DNA of 64,000 bases from Candidatus Culexmicrobium cathedralense (GTDB lineage: Archaea > Thermoproteota > Methanomethylicia > Culexarchaeales > Culexmicrobiaceae), in NCBI GenBank assembly GCA_025061115.1, contig JANZKC010000002.1, positions 448,001 through 512,000 of the forward strand, read 5' to 3'. The notes beneath the pieces are model-generated. The model ran no database searches, was not told the DNA's origin, and saw only the letters and a program-made list of their open reading frames with translations. Positions 38,728 to 50,120 of this stretch are shown here, in pieces (position 1 is the stretch's first letter; each line of letters begins with the position of its first letter). A program made the position numbers and the translations under genes.

Positions 38728-40059
38728 CTACACAACTTCAGAAACGTAAATTACATCAAGCTCCACGCACTTAGCTGGGTGGCCGAGCACCTCTGAGACG
38801 CTTGGCCTCGTCCTCCCCTCATCCCCACTGATAAGCTCCTTCACGTAAAGTCCTCCCTGACACTTAATCGTTAACTCCAGCAATCTGGGGTTGATCAGCT
38901 TAGCCTTCAACTCATAAACTCGCTTAACCCTCACCTTATCAACTCTCCTGTGAAGCACTCTCAATGGAGTTCTCTGCCTAATCTCCCTATTCGAGAAGAA
39001 TTCCTCCAACTTCCTCAACTCCTCCTCACCCACTTCACCTTCAACCTCAACAAGCGCCCTGTAAATCTTCACCGTCATTGGCGATAGAGCCTTCATTCTC
39101 TTAACTTCAAGCCTGCTAGAAAACCGCAGGTCGAAAACCTCTATTTTACCTTCAGCGCGCCTATTGATCTCTTCCTCCAGAGCCCTCAAGTCTACGAAAC
39201 GCCTCTTAGGCTCTTTAACCTCGACGACGAAGGGCCTCCCGCTTCCAAGCATTCTTGCATCCACGTCCTCTCGGCCGGCACCATGAAAAACCACCAATGA
39301 CCCCCCAGTAAATTCGAGAACTGGACCTGCCACCAGCTCTTCAACCGAAGTTGGGTACTTCTTCCCAGTATAATTACAGTTCTCACACCCCCTACCCCCA
39401 CAGCTACTGCAGATCCAAGTGCACTGAGGCATTCCGCGAACCAGCTTCCTATACTTGCCGTAAATGAAGAGGGGGCTTGGCTTAACTTCAATACTGCCGC
39501 TATTCAAATCCACAATCACTACAATGTCTGGAGAAGTAAAGTCGACGTTCTTCCCAGTGATTTTTTGAACAAGCTTACCGAGCTCCCTATTAAACTCCGA
39601 CTTGAAGGATTCACCTAAGTTCAAGTTAAACTCGGAGCGAAGCAAATCCTCCCTCTCAGCTATTTCGCCTGGAATTCTCGAACCTACGAGGAATGTTGAG
39701 AACTCATAGTTCGAAAGGAGCTGTACAACCTCATTCGCAATTTCATCCAATTTTTCAAAAACTCCGCCGCAAATGTAGCACGTCTTTGGGGGAGGAGGGG
39801 AGAAGCCCAACTTCTCGAGAATACGGGAAGCAAGCTCAAACCTGCCATTCTCAGCTAAAACCCTCAGCATGGCCACGCCTCTATCATTCAATTCATCTCT
39901 AATCGTCTTATGAGCATTCATGGCTATGGCGAGCTTAATGGAAAAACCCCTAACCGCATTACTTAAACCCCTAACCAAAAGGGCGAACTGCCTACCGAGA
40001 CAGTTGTCGCATAAGCAGTACTTCTCAAGTATTTGCACGCTGATGTCAATCACGCTCAA
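38728..40059 (-). CDS. pus10: tRNA pseudouridine 54/55 synthase Pus10
   Basis: CDNCLGR, GREDVDARMLGSGRPF and GLYVKEL motifs. Confidence 0.95.
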   Translation of the reverse strand: MSVIDISVQILEKYCLCDNCLGRQFALLVRGLSNAVRGFSIKLAIAMNAHKTIRDELNDRGVAMLRVLAENGRFELASRILEKLGFSPPPPKTCYICGGVFEKLDEIANEVVQLLSNYEFSTFLVGSRIPGEIAEREDLLRSEFNLNLGESFKSEFNRELGKLVQKITGKNVDFTSPDIVVIVDLNSGSIEVKPSPLFIYGKYRKLVRGMPQCTWICSSCGGRGCENCNYTGKKYPTSVEELVAGPVLEFTGGSLVVFHGAGREDVDARMLGSGRPFVVEVKEPKRRFVDLRALEEEINRRAEGKIEVFDLRFSSRLEVKRMKALSPMTVKIYRALVEVEGEVGEEELRKLEEFFSNREIRQRTPLRVLHRRVDKVRVKRVYELKAKLINPRLLELTIKCQGGLYVKELISGDEGRTRPSVSEVLGHPAKCVELDVIYVSEVV

Positions 40060-40065
40060 CCACTT

Positions 40066-40644
40066 TCACCTCTTTCGCAAAATAGTGCGGTCAAAGTAGT
40101 TGTGAAGCAAAATAATTAAGCTTGGCGGCGCCTTATATGAGACACTTATCCTAACGGGAAGAGCATCAAACCTTGATAGCAGTTGCAAATCCTCATTGGG
40201 GAGGTCGGGATATCCAATTACCAATTTGAAGTCGCGGGGGCATGATAGGGACTTCAAATCAACACCTTTAGAGTCGGCGTAAAATACCCTCACTCCACCC
40301 TTCAAAAAATCAGCAAGCCCCCCTATACCTGCAAAGACGCCTGGAAAGCACTCCCTAGCTTGAGGAGAGCTGCGCCCACTTGAAATTACAATAACCTTTC
40401 TGACAATGCCATAAGTCGACTGCTCATCTGGGCGCAGATGCCTTAACCTTCGAGGCTCAAACCTCAGGAAAAGCCCATCGCTGAAGAGCAGAACCAGCCT
40501 CGTATCAAGCCTCAATCCATGTGAAATAAGCAGCGAAGCTGATATTGTTCGGGATATTAGTGGAAAGTACCTCCTTAGCCCATCCCCCGGCGAGAAGCCG
40601 AATTTAACTATGATCTCCCTTATGTCAGGACCCCCAAATACCAC
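40066..40644 (-). CDS. Divergent TrmY-like SPOUT methyltransferase
   Basis: SLLISHGLR and LRPDEQS; adjacent to pus10. Confidence 0.65.
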   Translation of the reverse strand: MVFGGPDIREIIVKFGFSPGDGLRRYFPLISRTISASLLISHGLRLDTRLVLLFSDGLFLRFEPRRLRHLRPDEQSTYGIVRKVIVISSGRSSPQARECFPGVFAGIGGLADFLKGGVRVFYADSKGVDLKSLSCPRDFKLVIGYPDLPNEDLQLLSRFDALPVRISVSYKAPPSLIILLHNYFDRTILRKR

Positions 40645-41962
40645 CCTTGAAATGCTTAAAATACTTGGCTTTCCTCTTAAAACGCTTAAGCATCTTCCTC
40701 ATAGCCCTATACTGATTTAAAAGATCCCTAACATCCCTAACAGTCGTCCCGGAACCTATAGCTATCCTCCTCATTCTGGATCTGTCAATAACCTGCGGAT
40801 TAGTAAGCTCCTCCTCAGTCATGGACTGCATTATTGCAATGAACTTCTTCAACTTGTCCTCCGTAACCTCTTCAAAGCCCTCTGGAAGGGAAAAGCTCAA
40901 CCCAGGAATAAGCTTAAGCAACTTCCCAAGAGGCCCCATCTTTCTTAAGGACTGAAGCTGGTATAAGAGGTCCTTCAAAGTGAACTTGCCCGAGAGGAAA
41001 CGCTCAGCAACCTCCCTACTTGGAGCCGCCTCTGCAGCCTTCACCTTCTCAACCAAGGCTTCCAGGTCACCCATACCCAAAAGGCGGCTGACAAACTTCG
41101 GTGGAGAGAAAACCTCCACTTCACCTATCTTCTCGCCAACACCAACGAACTTGATGGGCGCGCCAGTTGCCGCAACAGCAGATAGAGCGCCTCCACCCCT
41201 AGCCGAGCCATCCAGCTTGGTTACGAATATCGAGCCAATCTTCGTAGCTTCATGAAAAGCCTTCGCTTGAATCATGGCTTGCTGCCCTATGGTCCCATCA
41301 ATCACGAGCATTATCTCATCAGGCTTAATTGCAGCTGCAATGCGCCGCATCTCATCAATTAAGCCCTTCTCCTCCTTATGCCTGCCAGCAGTGTCGACGA
41401 TAATTACGTCATACTTCTCAGCCTTGAACTTGCCTACACCCCTCAAGGCTAACTCAATGGCGCTGCCCGCCTCCCCCCCATAAACTGGAACTCCAATCAT
41501 CTCACCTAGCTGCTTAAGCTGAGCATAAGCTCCAGGCCTAAAGTTGTCGGCGCAAACAAGCGCTACCTTCAGCCCCCTCTTCTTATAGAAAAGCGCAAGC
41601 TTAGCTGCAGACGTCGTCTTACCTGAACCTTGAATTCCAACCATCATTATGACGTATGGCTTCTTGGAAGTTGGAAGAACTCTGGGGGTTTCATCGCCCC
41701 CCAATAAGTTAACGAGCTCCTCATAAACCACCTTCAAGAGGAGCTCCCTACGAGTAATTCCCGGAGGAAGCTTCTCCTTAAAAACTCGATCCTCAATTCT
41801 CCTCGACAAGTCAAATACCAGCTTCACATTAACATCAGCTTGAAGCAGAGCTCGCTGAATATCCCTAATGAGCTCCCTAACAACCTTCTCGTCAACCAGA
41901 GGAGCCCTAATAACCTTCCTAATTGCAGCTCCAATGGCGGAGCCCAAACTCTCAAGAACCAC
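40625..41962 (-). CDS. srp54: Signal recognition particle protein SRP54
   Basis: [19 protein letters not shown] and an M domain. Confidence 0.96.
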   Translation of the reverse strand: MVLESLGSAIGAAIRKVIRAPLVDEKVVRELIRDIQRALLQADVNVKLVFDLSRRIEDRVFKEKLPPGITRRELLLKVVYEELVNLLGGDETPRVLPTSKKPYVIMMVGIQGSGKTTSAAKLALFYKKRGLKVALVCADNFRPGAYAQLKQLGEMIGVPVYGGEAGSAIELALRGVGKFKAEKYDVIIVDTAGRHKEEKGLIDEMRRIAAAIKPDEIMLVIDGTIGQQAMIQAKAFHEATKIGSIFVTKLDGSARGGGALSAVAATGAPIKFVGVGEKIGEVEVFSPPKFVSRLLGMGDLEALVEKVKAAEAAPSREVAERFLSGKFTLKDLLYQLQSLRKMGPLGKLLKLIPGLSFSLPEGFEEVTEDKLKKFIAIMQSMTEEELTNPQVIDRSRMRRIAIGSGTTVRDVRDLLNQYRAMRKMLKRFKRKAKYFKHFKGGIWGS

Positions 41963-43385
41963 AGCTCATCTCCTCCAACCTCTCCTTCAGCATCCTTAAT
42001 ATCAACTGCGGCTCAACCCTACTACTCAAGGCCTCCTTAACCTTGCCCACCAGAAAGAATATTGCCTTCTCATTCCCCGACTTGTAGTCTTTAACAGCCT
42101 TAGGGTACTTCTCCAAGGCAAGCTCAATGGCTTCGCCAAGAGCTCTTAAATCAACCTTGCGCCTAAGATCATACCTTTCAACTATCACTTCAGGATCAAG
42201 CCTCTCATCAAACATCAAACCTATAACCTTCTTAGCCGCAGGGACAGTTATCTCCCCAGATTCAACCAATCGAATTAGCTTCACAAGCTGCTGTGGAGAT
42301 ATTGGAATTTCAGATGCAGGCAGATCGCGGTAATTAAGCTCCCTCTTCACCTCATACCTAACCCACTTTGCGGCAACGTCAACTGGAACGTGCTTAGCCA
42401 CCTCCTCAAAGAAGTTGGCAAGCTCATACTCGCTGGTCAGCACGTAGGCGTCATCGAAACTCAAGCCATACTCCCTGATGAAGCGCATCAATCTAACATA
42501 TGGGGATTCCGGCAGAGAAGACTTAACCTCATCATAAAGGCGCTGCGTAACGACGAAGGGATATAGGTCGGGGTCGGGAATGTACCTGTAATCCTCAACG
42601 GTCTCCTTAACCCTCATTGGAATCGTAATCATGCTATCCTCATCAAAATGCCTAGTTTCACGCTTCACAGACAATCCCTTAGCCATCAAGCTCCTCTGCC
42701 TAGAAATTTCGAATAAAAGCGCCTTGAAAACCCCCTTAACCGAATTTATGTTCTTAATCTCAACTCTAGCTCCACCCTTAATGGACACGTTGGTGTCGAA
42801 GCGCGTGCCCTCAACCCTTACGCAGTTGAGGTACTTCAATATTCGCAGAAGCGAATCCGCAAAAGCCCTAGCCTCCTCCGGGCTCCGCATGTCGGGGTGC
42901 GTAACTATCTCTATCAGCGGAACTCCGCAGCGATTATAATCAACCCTACCGGACTCCGGATCCCACCTACCAGCATCCTCCTCCACATGAACCTCCCTAA
43001 TTCGAACTTCACGAGTCTCAGAGCCCAACCTAAACTTCACACAGCCATTAACACCTATGGGCTGACTAATAATCTGATACCCCTTAGGCAGGTCGGGGTA
43101 GGGGTAATGCTTCCTAAGCCAATAAATGTGCTCACCAACCCTAACTTCGCAGTTCAACATCATGGAAACGGCAAGCGCAGCTCTAATGGCATAGGCATTT
43201 GGAGGCATGGGCTTAGCTCCAGGCTGCCCAGTGCAAATTGGACATACATTAGTGTTTGGAGGAACATTCAAGTAGTCCGTAGGGCAACTGCAGAAAAGCT
43301 TCTCCCTACAATTCACTTGAACGTGAACCTCAAATCCAATCAGAGGCTCTAGCTCAGCGAAAGACATTACTGCACTACCTCGCAC
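41952..43385 (-). CDS. gatB: Asp/Glu-tRNA amidotransferase subunit B
   Basis: IGFEVH, YPDLPKGYQI, EEDAG and DYRYIPDPDL motifs. Confidence 0.95.
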   Translation of the reverse strand: MRGSAVMSFAELEPLIGFEVHVQVNCREKLFCSCPTDYLNVPPNTNVCPICTGQPGAKPMPPNAYAIRAALAVSMMLNCEVRVGEHIYWLRKHYPYPDLPKGYQIISQPIGVNGCVKFRLGSETREVRIREVHVEEDAGRWDPESGRVDYNRCGVPLIEIVTHPDMRSPEEARAFADSLLRILKYLNCVRVEGTRFDTNVSIKGGARVEIKNINSVKGVFKALLFEISRQRSLMAKGLSVKRETRHFDEDSMITIPMRVKETVEDYRYIPDPDLYPFVVTQRLYDEVKSSLPESPYVRLMRFIREYGLSFDDAYVLTSEYELANFFEEVAKHVPVDVAAKWVRYEVKRELNYRDLPASEIPISPQQLVKLIRLVESGEITVPAAKKVIGLMFDERLDPEVIVERYDLRRKVDLRALGEAIELALEKYPKAVKDYKSGNEKAIFFLVGKVKEALSSRVEPQLILRMLKERLEEMSCGS

Positions 43386-43432
43386 TTATACTAGAATACC
43401 CCATACTTAAAGTTAAATGTGGAAGTGAAATT

Positions 43433-44119
43433 ATGAAGTTCGCAGCACTATACAGCGGCGGAAAGGACTCCACCTACGCCATCTACTACGCATTAAGCCA
43501 AGCATGGGAAATCACGCACCTCATAACGCTAATTCCAGAAAGCGAGGAATCGGCAATGTGGCACTATCCAGCCATCAAGTGGACTGAACTTCAAGCAAAA
43601 GCCATGGGAATCAGCCAACTGAAAGTAAGGGTGAAATCAAGAAGCGAGCTTCAAGAGCTCCGCGAAGCGCTCAAAAAGCTAAAGGCAAAAGAGGGAATTG
43701 AAGGGCTGCTCTCAGGAGTAATAGCTTCGGACTACCAGAAAAGGAGGCTAGACTCAATATGCGAAAAAATAGGATTAAAGTTAATAGCCCCCCTATGGCA
43801 GAAAGACCCAATTGCAATTTTAAAAGAAGTAGTGAACTCCAACTTCAAAGTGATAGTCGTGGGAGTAGCAGCATACGGCTTCACAAGGGATTGGCTTGGA
43901 TCAACGATAAACAGCAAAAGAGTAGAGGAACTCAAGATTTTAAGTGAGAAGTATGGAATCCACCCATGCGGCGAAGGAGGAGAATTCGAAACCTTCGTCT
44001 GCGACGCGCCGTTCTTTAAAGAGAAAATCGAAATAGCGGACTACGAAATCAAGTGGCACAGGTACTCTGGAGAGTACATCATCAAGAAAGCAACTGCAAC
44101 GCCGAAGAAGCCGGCCTAA
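43433..44119 (+). CDS. Diphthine--ammonia ligase (Dph6 family)
   Basis: SGGKDS and GEGGEFET motifs. Confidence 0.88.
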   Translation: MKFAALYSGGKDSTYAIYYALSQAWEITHLITLIPESEESAMWHYPAIKWTELQAKAMGISQLKVRVKSRSELQELREALKKLKAKEGIEGLLSGVIASDYQKRRLDSICEKIGLKLIAPLWQKDPIAILKEVVNSNFKVIVVGVAAYGFTRDWLGSTINSKRVEELKILSEKYGIHPCGEGGEFETFVCDAPFFKEKIEIADYEIKWHRYSGEYIIKKATATPKKPA

Positions 44120-45426
44120 CCAAAAAGCTCCTCAACCACAGACGAAACTTTCTCGTAAACCTCCCGCTCATCAATTCGAGTGAAGCGGCCGCCGTGTAAA
44201 ATAAGCTCACCATCAACCACGACATCTTCAACATTAAATCCACTTGTAGAATACACTAGATGAGAAATAACGGTGCTAGGCGAATGTATGGGCATCAAGT
44301 TAGGCGACCTAGCATTTATCAGAACCAAATCCGCAGGAGCACCCTCAACCACTCTACCCCACGCTCCACTTAGGTTGAGGGCACTAGCACCTCCAATAGT
44401 AGCGAAATCCAAAGCTAGCTGAGCAGGAAGGGCAGTTGGATCCCACCTATGGTGCTTGTGAATCAAAGCGCAGATCTTCATCACTTCAAACATGTCCAAG
44501 CAGTTATTGCTTGCAGGGCCATCGGTGCCAAGGCCAACCGTAACTCCGAACCTAAGCAGTTCAGGTATGGGAGCCACCCCTCCAGCAGCCAACTTCATGT
44601 TTGAAGTTGGGCAGTGAGCCACCTTCACTCCATGCTCACCCAAAAGCTTAACCTCATTCTTCGTGAGCCAAATGCAGTGGGCAGCCAAAACCCTAGGCGA
44701 TAAGAAGCCAATTTTAGATAGAAACTCGACCTCCCTCATACCATACTTATCCTCGAAGTCAACCTGCTCCCTCCTAGACTCAGCAACATGAATGTGAACC
44801 AGAACTTCCTCCCGCTCAGCTATTTCACTGCACTTCAACAGCAATTCCGGAGAGCAGGTATATGGAGCATGGGTGCCAATTGCACCGACAATTCGAGGCG
44901 AAAAATCCTTAATGGCTGAGAGGAAATCCTCAACCTCATGGACAGCCTTATCCCTAAGTGAAACATCAAAGTTGTCCAGCACGCCTATGGAGATCACCGC
45001 CTTCAATCCAACCTCGCTTGCCGCCCTAGCAATATCGATAGGGTGCCAGTACATATCCACAAAAAGCGTGGTGCCAGTTCTAGCCATCTCCATGCAGGAG
45101 AGGAGAGCCCCCAAGTAGCAGTGCTCTCCAGTCAACCTACTCTCAACAGGCCAAATTTTCTCCCTAAGCCACTCCATCAAGGGCAAGTCATCCGCATATC
45201 CGCGGAGAAGGGACATTGGAGAGTGAGTGTGCAGGTTTATGAGGCCTGGAATGCAGATCTTACCGCGCCCATCAATCACGAATTCAGCTTCAACCGGAAT
45301 TCTGCTGGAAATCTCACTTACAATTCCATCCTCAACATATATCGACACGTTCTTTGCAATCAACCTATCCTCACTTTGCGTCACTAGCCAGCTGCAATTC
45401 TCAATTAAAATGCTCCCTCTAGCCAA
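44116..45426 (-). CDS. Amidohydrolase, MTA/SAH deaminase family
   Basis: HTH, HVAE, HCPTSNMKL and GTDG motifs. Confidence 0.88.
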   Translation of the reverse strand: MARGSILIENCSWLVTQSEDRLIAKNVSIYVEDGIVSEISSRIPVEAEFVIDGRGKICIPGLINLHTHSPMSLLRGYADDLPLMEWLREKIWPVESRLTGEHCYLGALLSCMEMARTGTTLFVDMYWHPIDIARAASEVGLKAVISIGVLDNFDVSLRDKAVHEVEDFLSAIKDFSPRIVGAIGTHAPYTCSPELLLKCSEIAEREEVLVHIHVAESRREQVDFEDKYGMREVEFLSKIGFLSPRVLAAHCIWLTKNEVKLLGEHGVKVAHCPTSNMKLAAGGVAPIPELLRFGVTVGLGTDGPASNNCLDMFEVMKICALIHKHHRWDPTALPAQLALDFATIGGASALNLSGAWGRVVEGAPADLVLINARSPNLMPIHSPSTVISHLVYSTSGFNVEDVVVDGELILHGGRFTRIDEREVYEKVSSVVEELFG

Positions 45427-46813
45427 CCCACTTCACCAAGCTGCTCACAGCCTGCATTAAATTGAAAACCCTAATTTCATGCAGGTGGGGAGCTTGAACT
45501 TGAAGGCCGACTGGAACCCCGTCAACCACTCCAATCGGAACGGTGCCAGCGCATATTCCAGCTAAATTAGCTGGAATGGTGAAGACGTCCAAGGAGTACT
45601 CCTCCAGTGGGGAAAGCTCCTCCCCAAGCTTAGGTGGAAATGTAGGCATCGTCGGGCCGACGATCACATCGCACTTCTCGAAAGCCCTCAGAAACTCTCG
45701 CTTAACGATGGTCCTAACTTGAAGCGCTTTCTCGTAAAATCGACCCCTATACTCCCTCCTCGTAACGTAGCTGCCACGGACAATTCTCCTCAAAACTTCG
45801 TCCAAGCATACATCTTCAATCTTAAAGCCATACCGCCTGCCATCAAACCTCCTAGTAGCACTGTAAAACTCGGCGCTTACAATTATGTAGTAGGCTGAAA
45901 GGGCCTTCTCTATGCTAGGCAAGCTCACCTCAACAACTTCAACGTCGAAGGACCTCTCAAGCAAGTTCAAGACCTCAATGACCTTCGAATATATCCTAGG
46001 ATTGCAGAGCTCCTCATACTGCTTAGCCAAGCCAATGCGGAAGCCATCGATATCGCCATCAACATTGCTTGAAAAGCCGTTGAGAAGCACATTCAGCGTG
46101 GTAACCTCACCTGGATTATATCCAGCTATAACCTCCAATAGGAGGGCGGCTCCATAAGGATCTGGAGCTAGGGGGCCTATTTGATCTAGAGACATGGCCA
46201 AGTCGATCAGTCCCTGACGTGGAACCAACCCGTAAGTAGGCTTGAGGCCAACCACCCCGCACCAGCACGCCGGCGCCCTAATGCTTCCTCCAGTGTCGCT
46301 GCCCAAAGCCAAGTCGCAAAGCTCGGCGGCAACAGCAACGGCGGAGCCGCTGCTTGAGCCCCCAGGCACTCTACCTTCAGCTCGAGGATTCAGAGTAGGC
46401 CCATAAAAGCTTCTACAACCAGTAGTGCCGCAGGCGAACTCGTCCATGTTAGTTATTCCGATAATTACTCCCTGCTCCCTCTTAATCCGCCTTATAACCT
46501 CAGCATCATATGGAGCCACATAATTCGACAGCGTTTTAGATGCGCAGCTGATCGTGAATCCCTTAACGTTTATGTTCGCCTTTACAGCTACGCACAATCC
46601 CGAAAGCTTCCCCACCTTACCGGCGCGAATCTGCCTATCTACGCTCCTAGCCTGCCTAATCGACTTCTCGTGGCGGACATCTATGAAGGCGTTCAGCTTA
46701 GGATTGAGCTCCCTCAAGCGCTCAAGGAAAAGCTCAACATTCTCAACTGCTGACAATTCGCCGCTTCTAATAGCCTCAAGTTTTCTCCAAGTTGTGCTTC
46801 CACGGTAAGCCAT
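45419..46813 (-). CDS. gatA: Asp/Glu-tRNA amidotransferase subunit A
   Basis: GGSSSGS and GSDTGGSIR amidase signature. Confidence 0.92.
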   Translation of the reverse strand: MAYRGSTTWRKLEAIRSGELSAVENVELFLERLRELNPKLNAFIDVRHEKSIRQARSVDRQIRAGKVGKLSGLCVAVKANINVKGFTISCASKTLSNYVAPYDAEVIRRIKREQGVIIGITNMDEFACGTTGCRSFYGPTLNPRAEGRVPGGSSSGSAVAVAAELCDLALGSDTGGSIRAPACWCGVVGLKPTYGLVPRQGLIDLAMSLDQIGPLAPDPYGAALLLEVIAGYNPGEVTTLNVLLNGFSSNVDGDIDGFRIGLAKQYEELCNPRIYSKVIEVLNLLERSFDVEVVEVSLPSIEKALSAYYIIVSAEFYSATRRFDGRRYGFKIEDVCLDEVLRRIVRGSYVTRREYRGRFYEKALQVRTIVKREFLRAFEKCDVIVGPTMPTFPPKLGEELSPLEEYSLDVFTIPANLAGICAGTVPIGVVDGVPVGLQVQAPHLHEIRVFNLMQAVSSLVKWVG

Positions 46814-46817
46814 AAGC

Positions 46818-47084
46818 CTATCCAGCCCTAGACCACGAAGCGGATTCCGTCAATATATGCCCTTTACCATCAACTCGAGGAGCATTTGATAGGAAAAGTC
46901 GCCTAAACAGCCTCCTCCTACGCGGCGTGCCCTCCCTCCTAACCATGTTGGGGAAGGCAGAGTCGTAGTAGGTTTCCTCGCACCTTGGAAGGCCGCTTAA
47001 ATCCCTGACAAAGTGCTGTAATAGTTCCTCAGCTTCATCCTCAATTTGCTTCAACTTATCGTCTCTCGCCATGGCCATCTTCAC
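46818..47084 (-). CDS. gatC: Probable amidotransferase subunit C
   Basis: Small ORF immediately upstream of gatA; FLSNAP motif. Confidence 0.7.
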   Translation of the reverse strand: MKMAMARDDKLKQIEDEAEELLQHFVRDLSGLPRCEETYYDSAFPNMVRREGTPRRRRLFRRLFLSNAPRVDGKGHILTESASWSRAG

Positions 47085-47473
47085 TTGACCCGCATTATCT
47101 TCTTCCTACCCATGATCTCCCAGTACTCAACCTCCACGCCTGGAGTAAGCTTTGATCTCAAACTTTCATCCTCAGGCGGCGCCACCTCAAAGGTCTCGTA
47201 GGTGCCAAGGTCCATTATCTGAATTCCATGGGGAGTTACCGAAATGACCTGACCAGTTCTCTTGTCAATTATTGGAATCTCAACCTGCGCGCTGGCAGGG
47301 CCGACGAAGGTCCTCTTAACTCCATCGAAAATCCCAAGAGCAACAATTCTAACCTTAGCCGACCCATGCTTCCCAGGCTTGGACTTCTCACTGCTCACAA
47401 CTCGGCAGGGCTCACCATTCAAAATTATGAATGAGCCGGGCTTAATGCTTCCAGCTTCTGCAGGCCTCTTCAA
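47081..47473 (-). CDS. eif5a: Translation factor aIF5A
   Basis: KPGKHGSAK hypusine motif. Confidence 0.96.
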   Translation of the reverse strand: MKRPAEAGSIKPGSFIILNGEPCRVVSSEKSKPGKHGSAKVRIVALGIFDGVKRTFVGPASAQVEIPIIDKRTGQVISVTPHGIQIMDLGTYETFEVAPPEDESLRSKLTPGVEVEYWEIMGRKKIMRVK

Positions 47474-47565
47474 TTTTCCACCTCAACATCACTAAACTTA
47501 AAATAGTCTTAAAAGTATTTAGCTGTCAGTAGCTGTCAAGGCGGCGAAGCAGAAGAAGGGAGAAC

Positions 47566-48402
47566 ATGAAAATTAGGAGGGTTGGAATAGCGTCAAGGCT
47601 AGACCAGCTGGAGGCAATGTCCATAGCGGAAAGGGCAGCCAACCTGCTGCAAGATAGGGAAGTAGAGGTTATTTTGGAAAGGCAGCTGGCTGAAAAATTG
47701 GAGTGGGCTGGAAAGGCCTCAAGCCTCATCGACATCGATGCAGACGCACTAATAATCGTCGGAGGAGACGGAACAGTGCTAAGAACCTCAAGAATAATCA
47801 GCGAGAACATACCCATGCTAGTTGTGAACGCTGGAACAGTCGGATTCCTATCAGAGGTGAATCCCAACGAGCTTGAAAGTGCAATTGCAAGATTGGCAAG
47901 CGGAAACTTCCAAATTGAAGAATGCACAAGAATTAAGGCGCAAATCGATGGAATTGAAGTTGGAGATGCACTAAACGAGGTTTCAATAGTCACCAAAACA
48001 CCAGTAAAAGTGCTGAACTTAACTGCACTAAAGAAAGGGGAAGTTATCTTCTCAGGTAGAATGGATGGACTCATAATAGCAACAAGGACAGGCTCAACTG
48101 CATACGCACTATCAGCTGGAGGGCCAATAATAGACCCCGAACTGGACGCATTCGTCCTAGTCCCCCTATGCCCACTAAAAATCTACCAAAAACCCGTAGT
48201 CCTACCCTCCTCACCAAAACTTGAGGTCTTCATCGAGGAAAATGGGTCGGACGCCCTAGTAATTGCCGATGGACAGATCCACGCTGAAGCACCCGCAGGG
48301 TCAAGGGTAACTCTGGAGAAAAGCTCCAAGAAGAGCTTGTTCATAAGACTGGGAAGAAGCTTTTACGAAAGGCTAAGGGAGAGATTGGTTAGAGATGTCT
48401 GA
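47566..48402 (+). CDS. nadK: NAD kinase
   Basis: GGDGT, NE and TGSTAYALSAGGP motifs. Confidence 0.94.
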   Translation: MKIRRVGIASRLDQLEAMSIAERAANLLQDREVEVILERQLAEKLEWAGKASSLIDIDADALIIVGGDGTVLRTSRIISENIPMLVVNAGTVGFLSEVNPNELESAIARLASGNFQIEECTRIKAQIDGIEVGDALNEVSIVTKTPVKVLNLTALKKGEVIFSGRMDGLIIATRTGSTAYALSAGGPIIDPELDAFVLVPLCPLKIYQKPVVLPSSPKLEVFIEENGSDALVIADGQIHAEAPAGSRVTLEKSSKKSLFIRLGRSFYERLRERLVRDV

Positions 48403-48913
48403 AAGCCAAGGAAGCCCAATGGTTGTCATCCTAGACTCCTCAGCAATCATAAACGGCTATGACCCAGCATCCTCAATCAGCGAGCACCTAATAAGCCAAT
48501 CAGCTGCAAGTGAAATCAAGGACGCCAAATCCAAGCGCATCATGGAAACAGCCCTCATAGTTGGAAAGCTAAAGGTCGTCGAGCCAAGCAGGAAAGCCGT
48601 AGAAAAGGTTAAGGAAGTTGCATCAAAAACGGGGGACAAGGGATTCCTATCAAAGGCAGACATAGACACCATAGCATTAGCAGTTGAGGTTAAGGAGAGA
48701 GGCCTAAACCCCATAATAATGACAGACGACTTCACGATCCAAAACGTAGCAGCTCACATGGACATAAAGTGCCTGCCAATAGCAACTGGGGGCATAAGGG
48801 AAAAGCATAGGTGGATGAAGTACTGCCCAGCCTGCGGAGCAACCTACACGGGCCAAGAAGTTGAAAAATGCAGGATATGCGGAACCCCCCTTAAAAGGAA
48901 GTCTAGGGCTTAA
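48395..48913 (+). CDS. nob1: Nob1 rRNA-processing endonuclease (PIN plus Zn ribbon)
   Basis: LDSSA, LSKAD, TDDFTIQN and CPAC...CRIC motifs. Confidence 0.9.
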   Translation: MSESQGSPMVVILDSSAIINGYDPASSISEHLISQSAASEIKDAKSKRIMETALIVGKLKVVEPSRKAVEKVKEVASKTGDKGFLSKADIDTIALAVEVKERGLNPIIMTDDFTIQNVAAHMDIKCLPIATGGIREKHRWMKYCPACGATYTGQEVEKCRICGTPLKRKSRA

Positions 48914-50096
48914 TGAACCTAGCTATGAAGTAGCCGGGTGCATCATGAACGTCAGGGTAAAACCTCTGCACCAACGAGAACTTAGAAATCAAGGGAAGGC
49001 CAGGGCATCCAAGGTAAACTGGCTGATCATCAAGCTCAAGTGGATAATTTTCGAGAACATAATTGACGATCATCTCATTCTCCTCAGCAGTTAAAGTGCA
49101 AGTAGAGTAAACAATCACTCCTCCCGGCTTGACCAATTCAACTGCAGGCTCAAAGAACTGCCGCTGATAATTGAAGCATGAAATGACATCTCGACGAGAC
49201 CTCCTCTCAAAAAGCTTTGGGCGAACGCCTAAAGCCGAGCATGGCGGGTCGATTAGAACTCTATCAGCCCTCAAATTCGGGTAATCCTTATGAATATACC
49301 TTGAATCCCCGACGATTGCAGTGACATTCTTAACTCCAAGCCTACGCATATTTTCAACAAGCTTACTCAACCGAGATTTAGAACTGTCAAACGCGAATAT
49401 CCTCCCGGAATTCCCCATCAATTGAGCGATGTGCGAGGTTTTCCCTCCAGGAGCAGCACACATGTCAACCACAACTTCCCCAGGACATGGACTCAAAACC
49501 AAGCTCGTGAGCATTGCGGGAATGCTCTGCTCATAAATTAAGCCGCCAGAGTAAGCTTCAAGCTCCCGCAGAGAAACGCTCCTATAAAGGGATCTTGTGA
49601 TTTTCACCGCCAACCCAAACGACTTCTCTTCCATTTCAACGCCACTCATAACTGCAATTCCAACTGCAACCGGATGCCCAAGCTCATCAACAACCAGCAC
49701 CTCATCTCCACGATCAACTCCAGCTGCAGACAATACTCCCGGAGCATAGAGCTGCGCACCCTGCATAACGCTTTCAGCAGCATACTTATCTGCAACTACA
49801 ACCTTCTCAGCAGCCGGAATTTCAAATGGACCTTCCACCTCAACTAGGAGGGCCTCCTCAATTTTAGGGTGCTGACGAACTGAAAGCCCCTCATCCTCCA
49901 GAATGCTCATCAACCTCTCGGGATCAACCTTAAGCGTATTAACCCTAAAGCTATACCACTTGGAGGGGCGCCTCAAGCTATCCAAAATGCTACTCAACCT
50001 AGCAGAGTTAAAGTACTGAAGTAGAAGCTCGGCAATCTCAACCGAGTAGCCACACTTTAGAGCTGACCCACCTGAAAGGCTTGAAGAGCATGTCAT
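48903..50096 (-). CDS. RsmB/NOP2 (NSUN6-like) RNA m5C methyltransferase with PUA domain
   Basis: DMCAAPGGKT, DPPCS and YSTCT motifs. Confidence 0.9.
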   Translation of the reverse strand: MTCSSSLSGGSALKCGYSVEIAELLLQYFNSARLSSILDSLRRPSKWYSFRVNTLKVDPERLMSILEDEGLSVRQHPKIEEALLVEVEGPFEIPAAEKVVVADKYAAESVMQGAQLYAPGVLSAAGVDRGDEVLVVDELGHPVAVGIAVMSGVEMEEKSFGLAVKITRSLYRSVSLRELEAYSGGLIYEQSIPAMLTSLVLSPCPGEVVVDMCAAPGGKTSHIAQLMGNSGRIFAFDSSKSRLSKLVENMRRLGVKNVTAIVGDSRYIHKDYPNLRADRVLIDPPCSALGVRPKLFERRSRRDVISCFNYQRQFFEPAVELVKPGGVIVYSTCTLTAEENEMIVNYVLENYPLELDDQPVYLGCPGLPLISKFSLVQRFYPDVHDAPGYFIARFIKP

Positions 50097-50120
50097 CAGC
50101 CGTAAAAAGAGGCACTACAT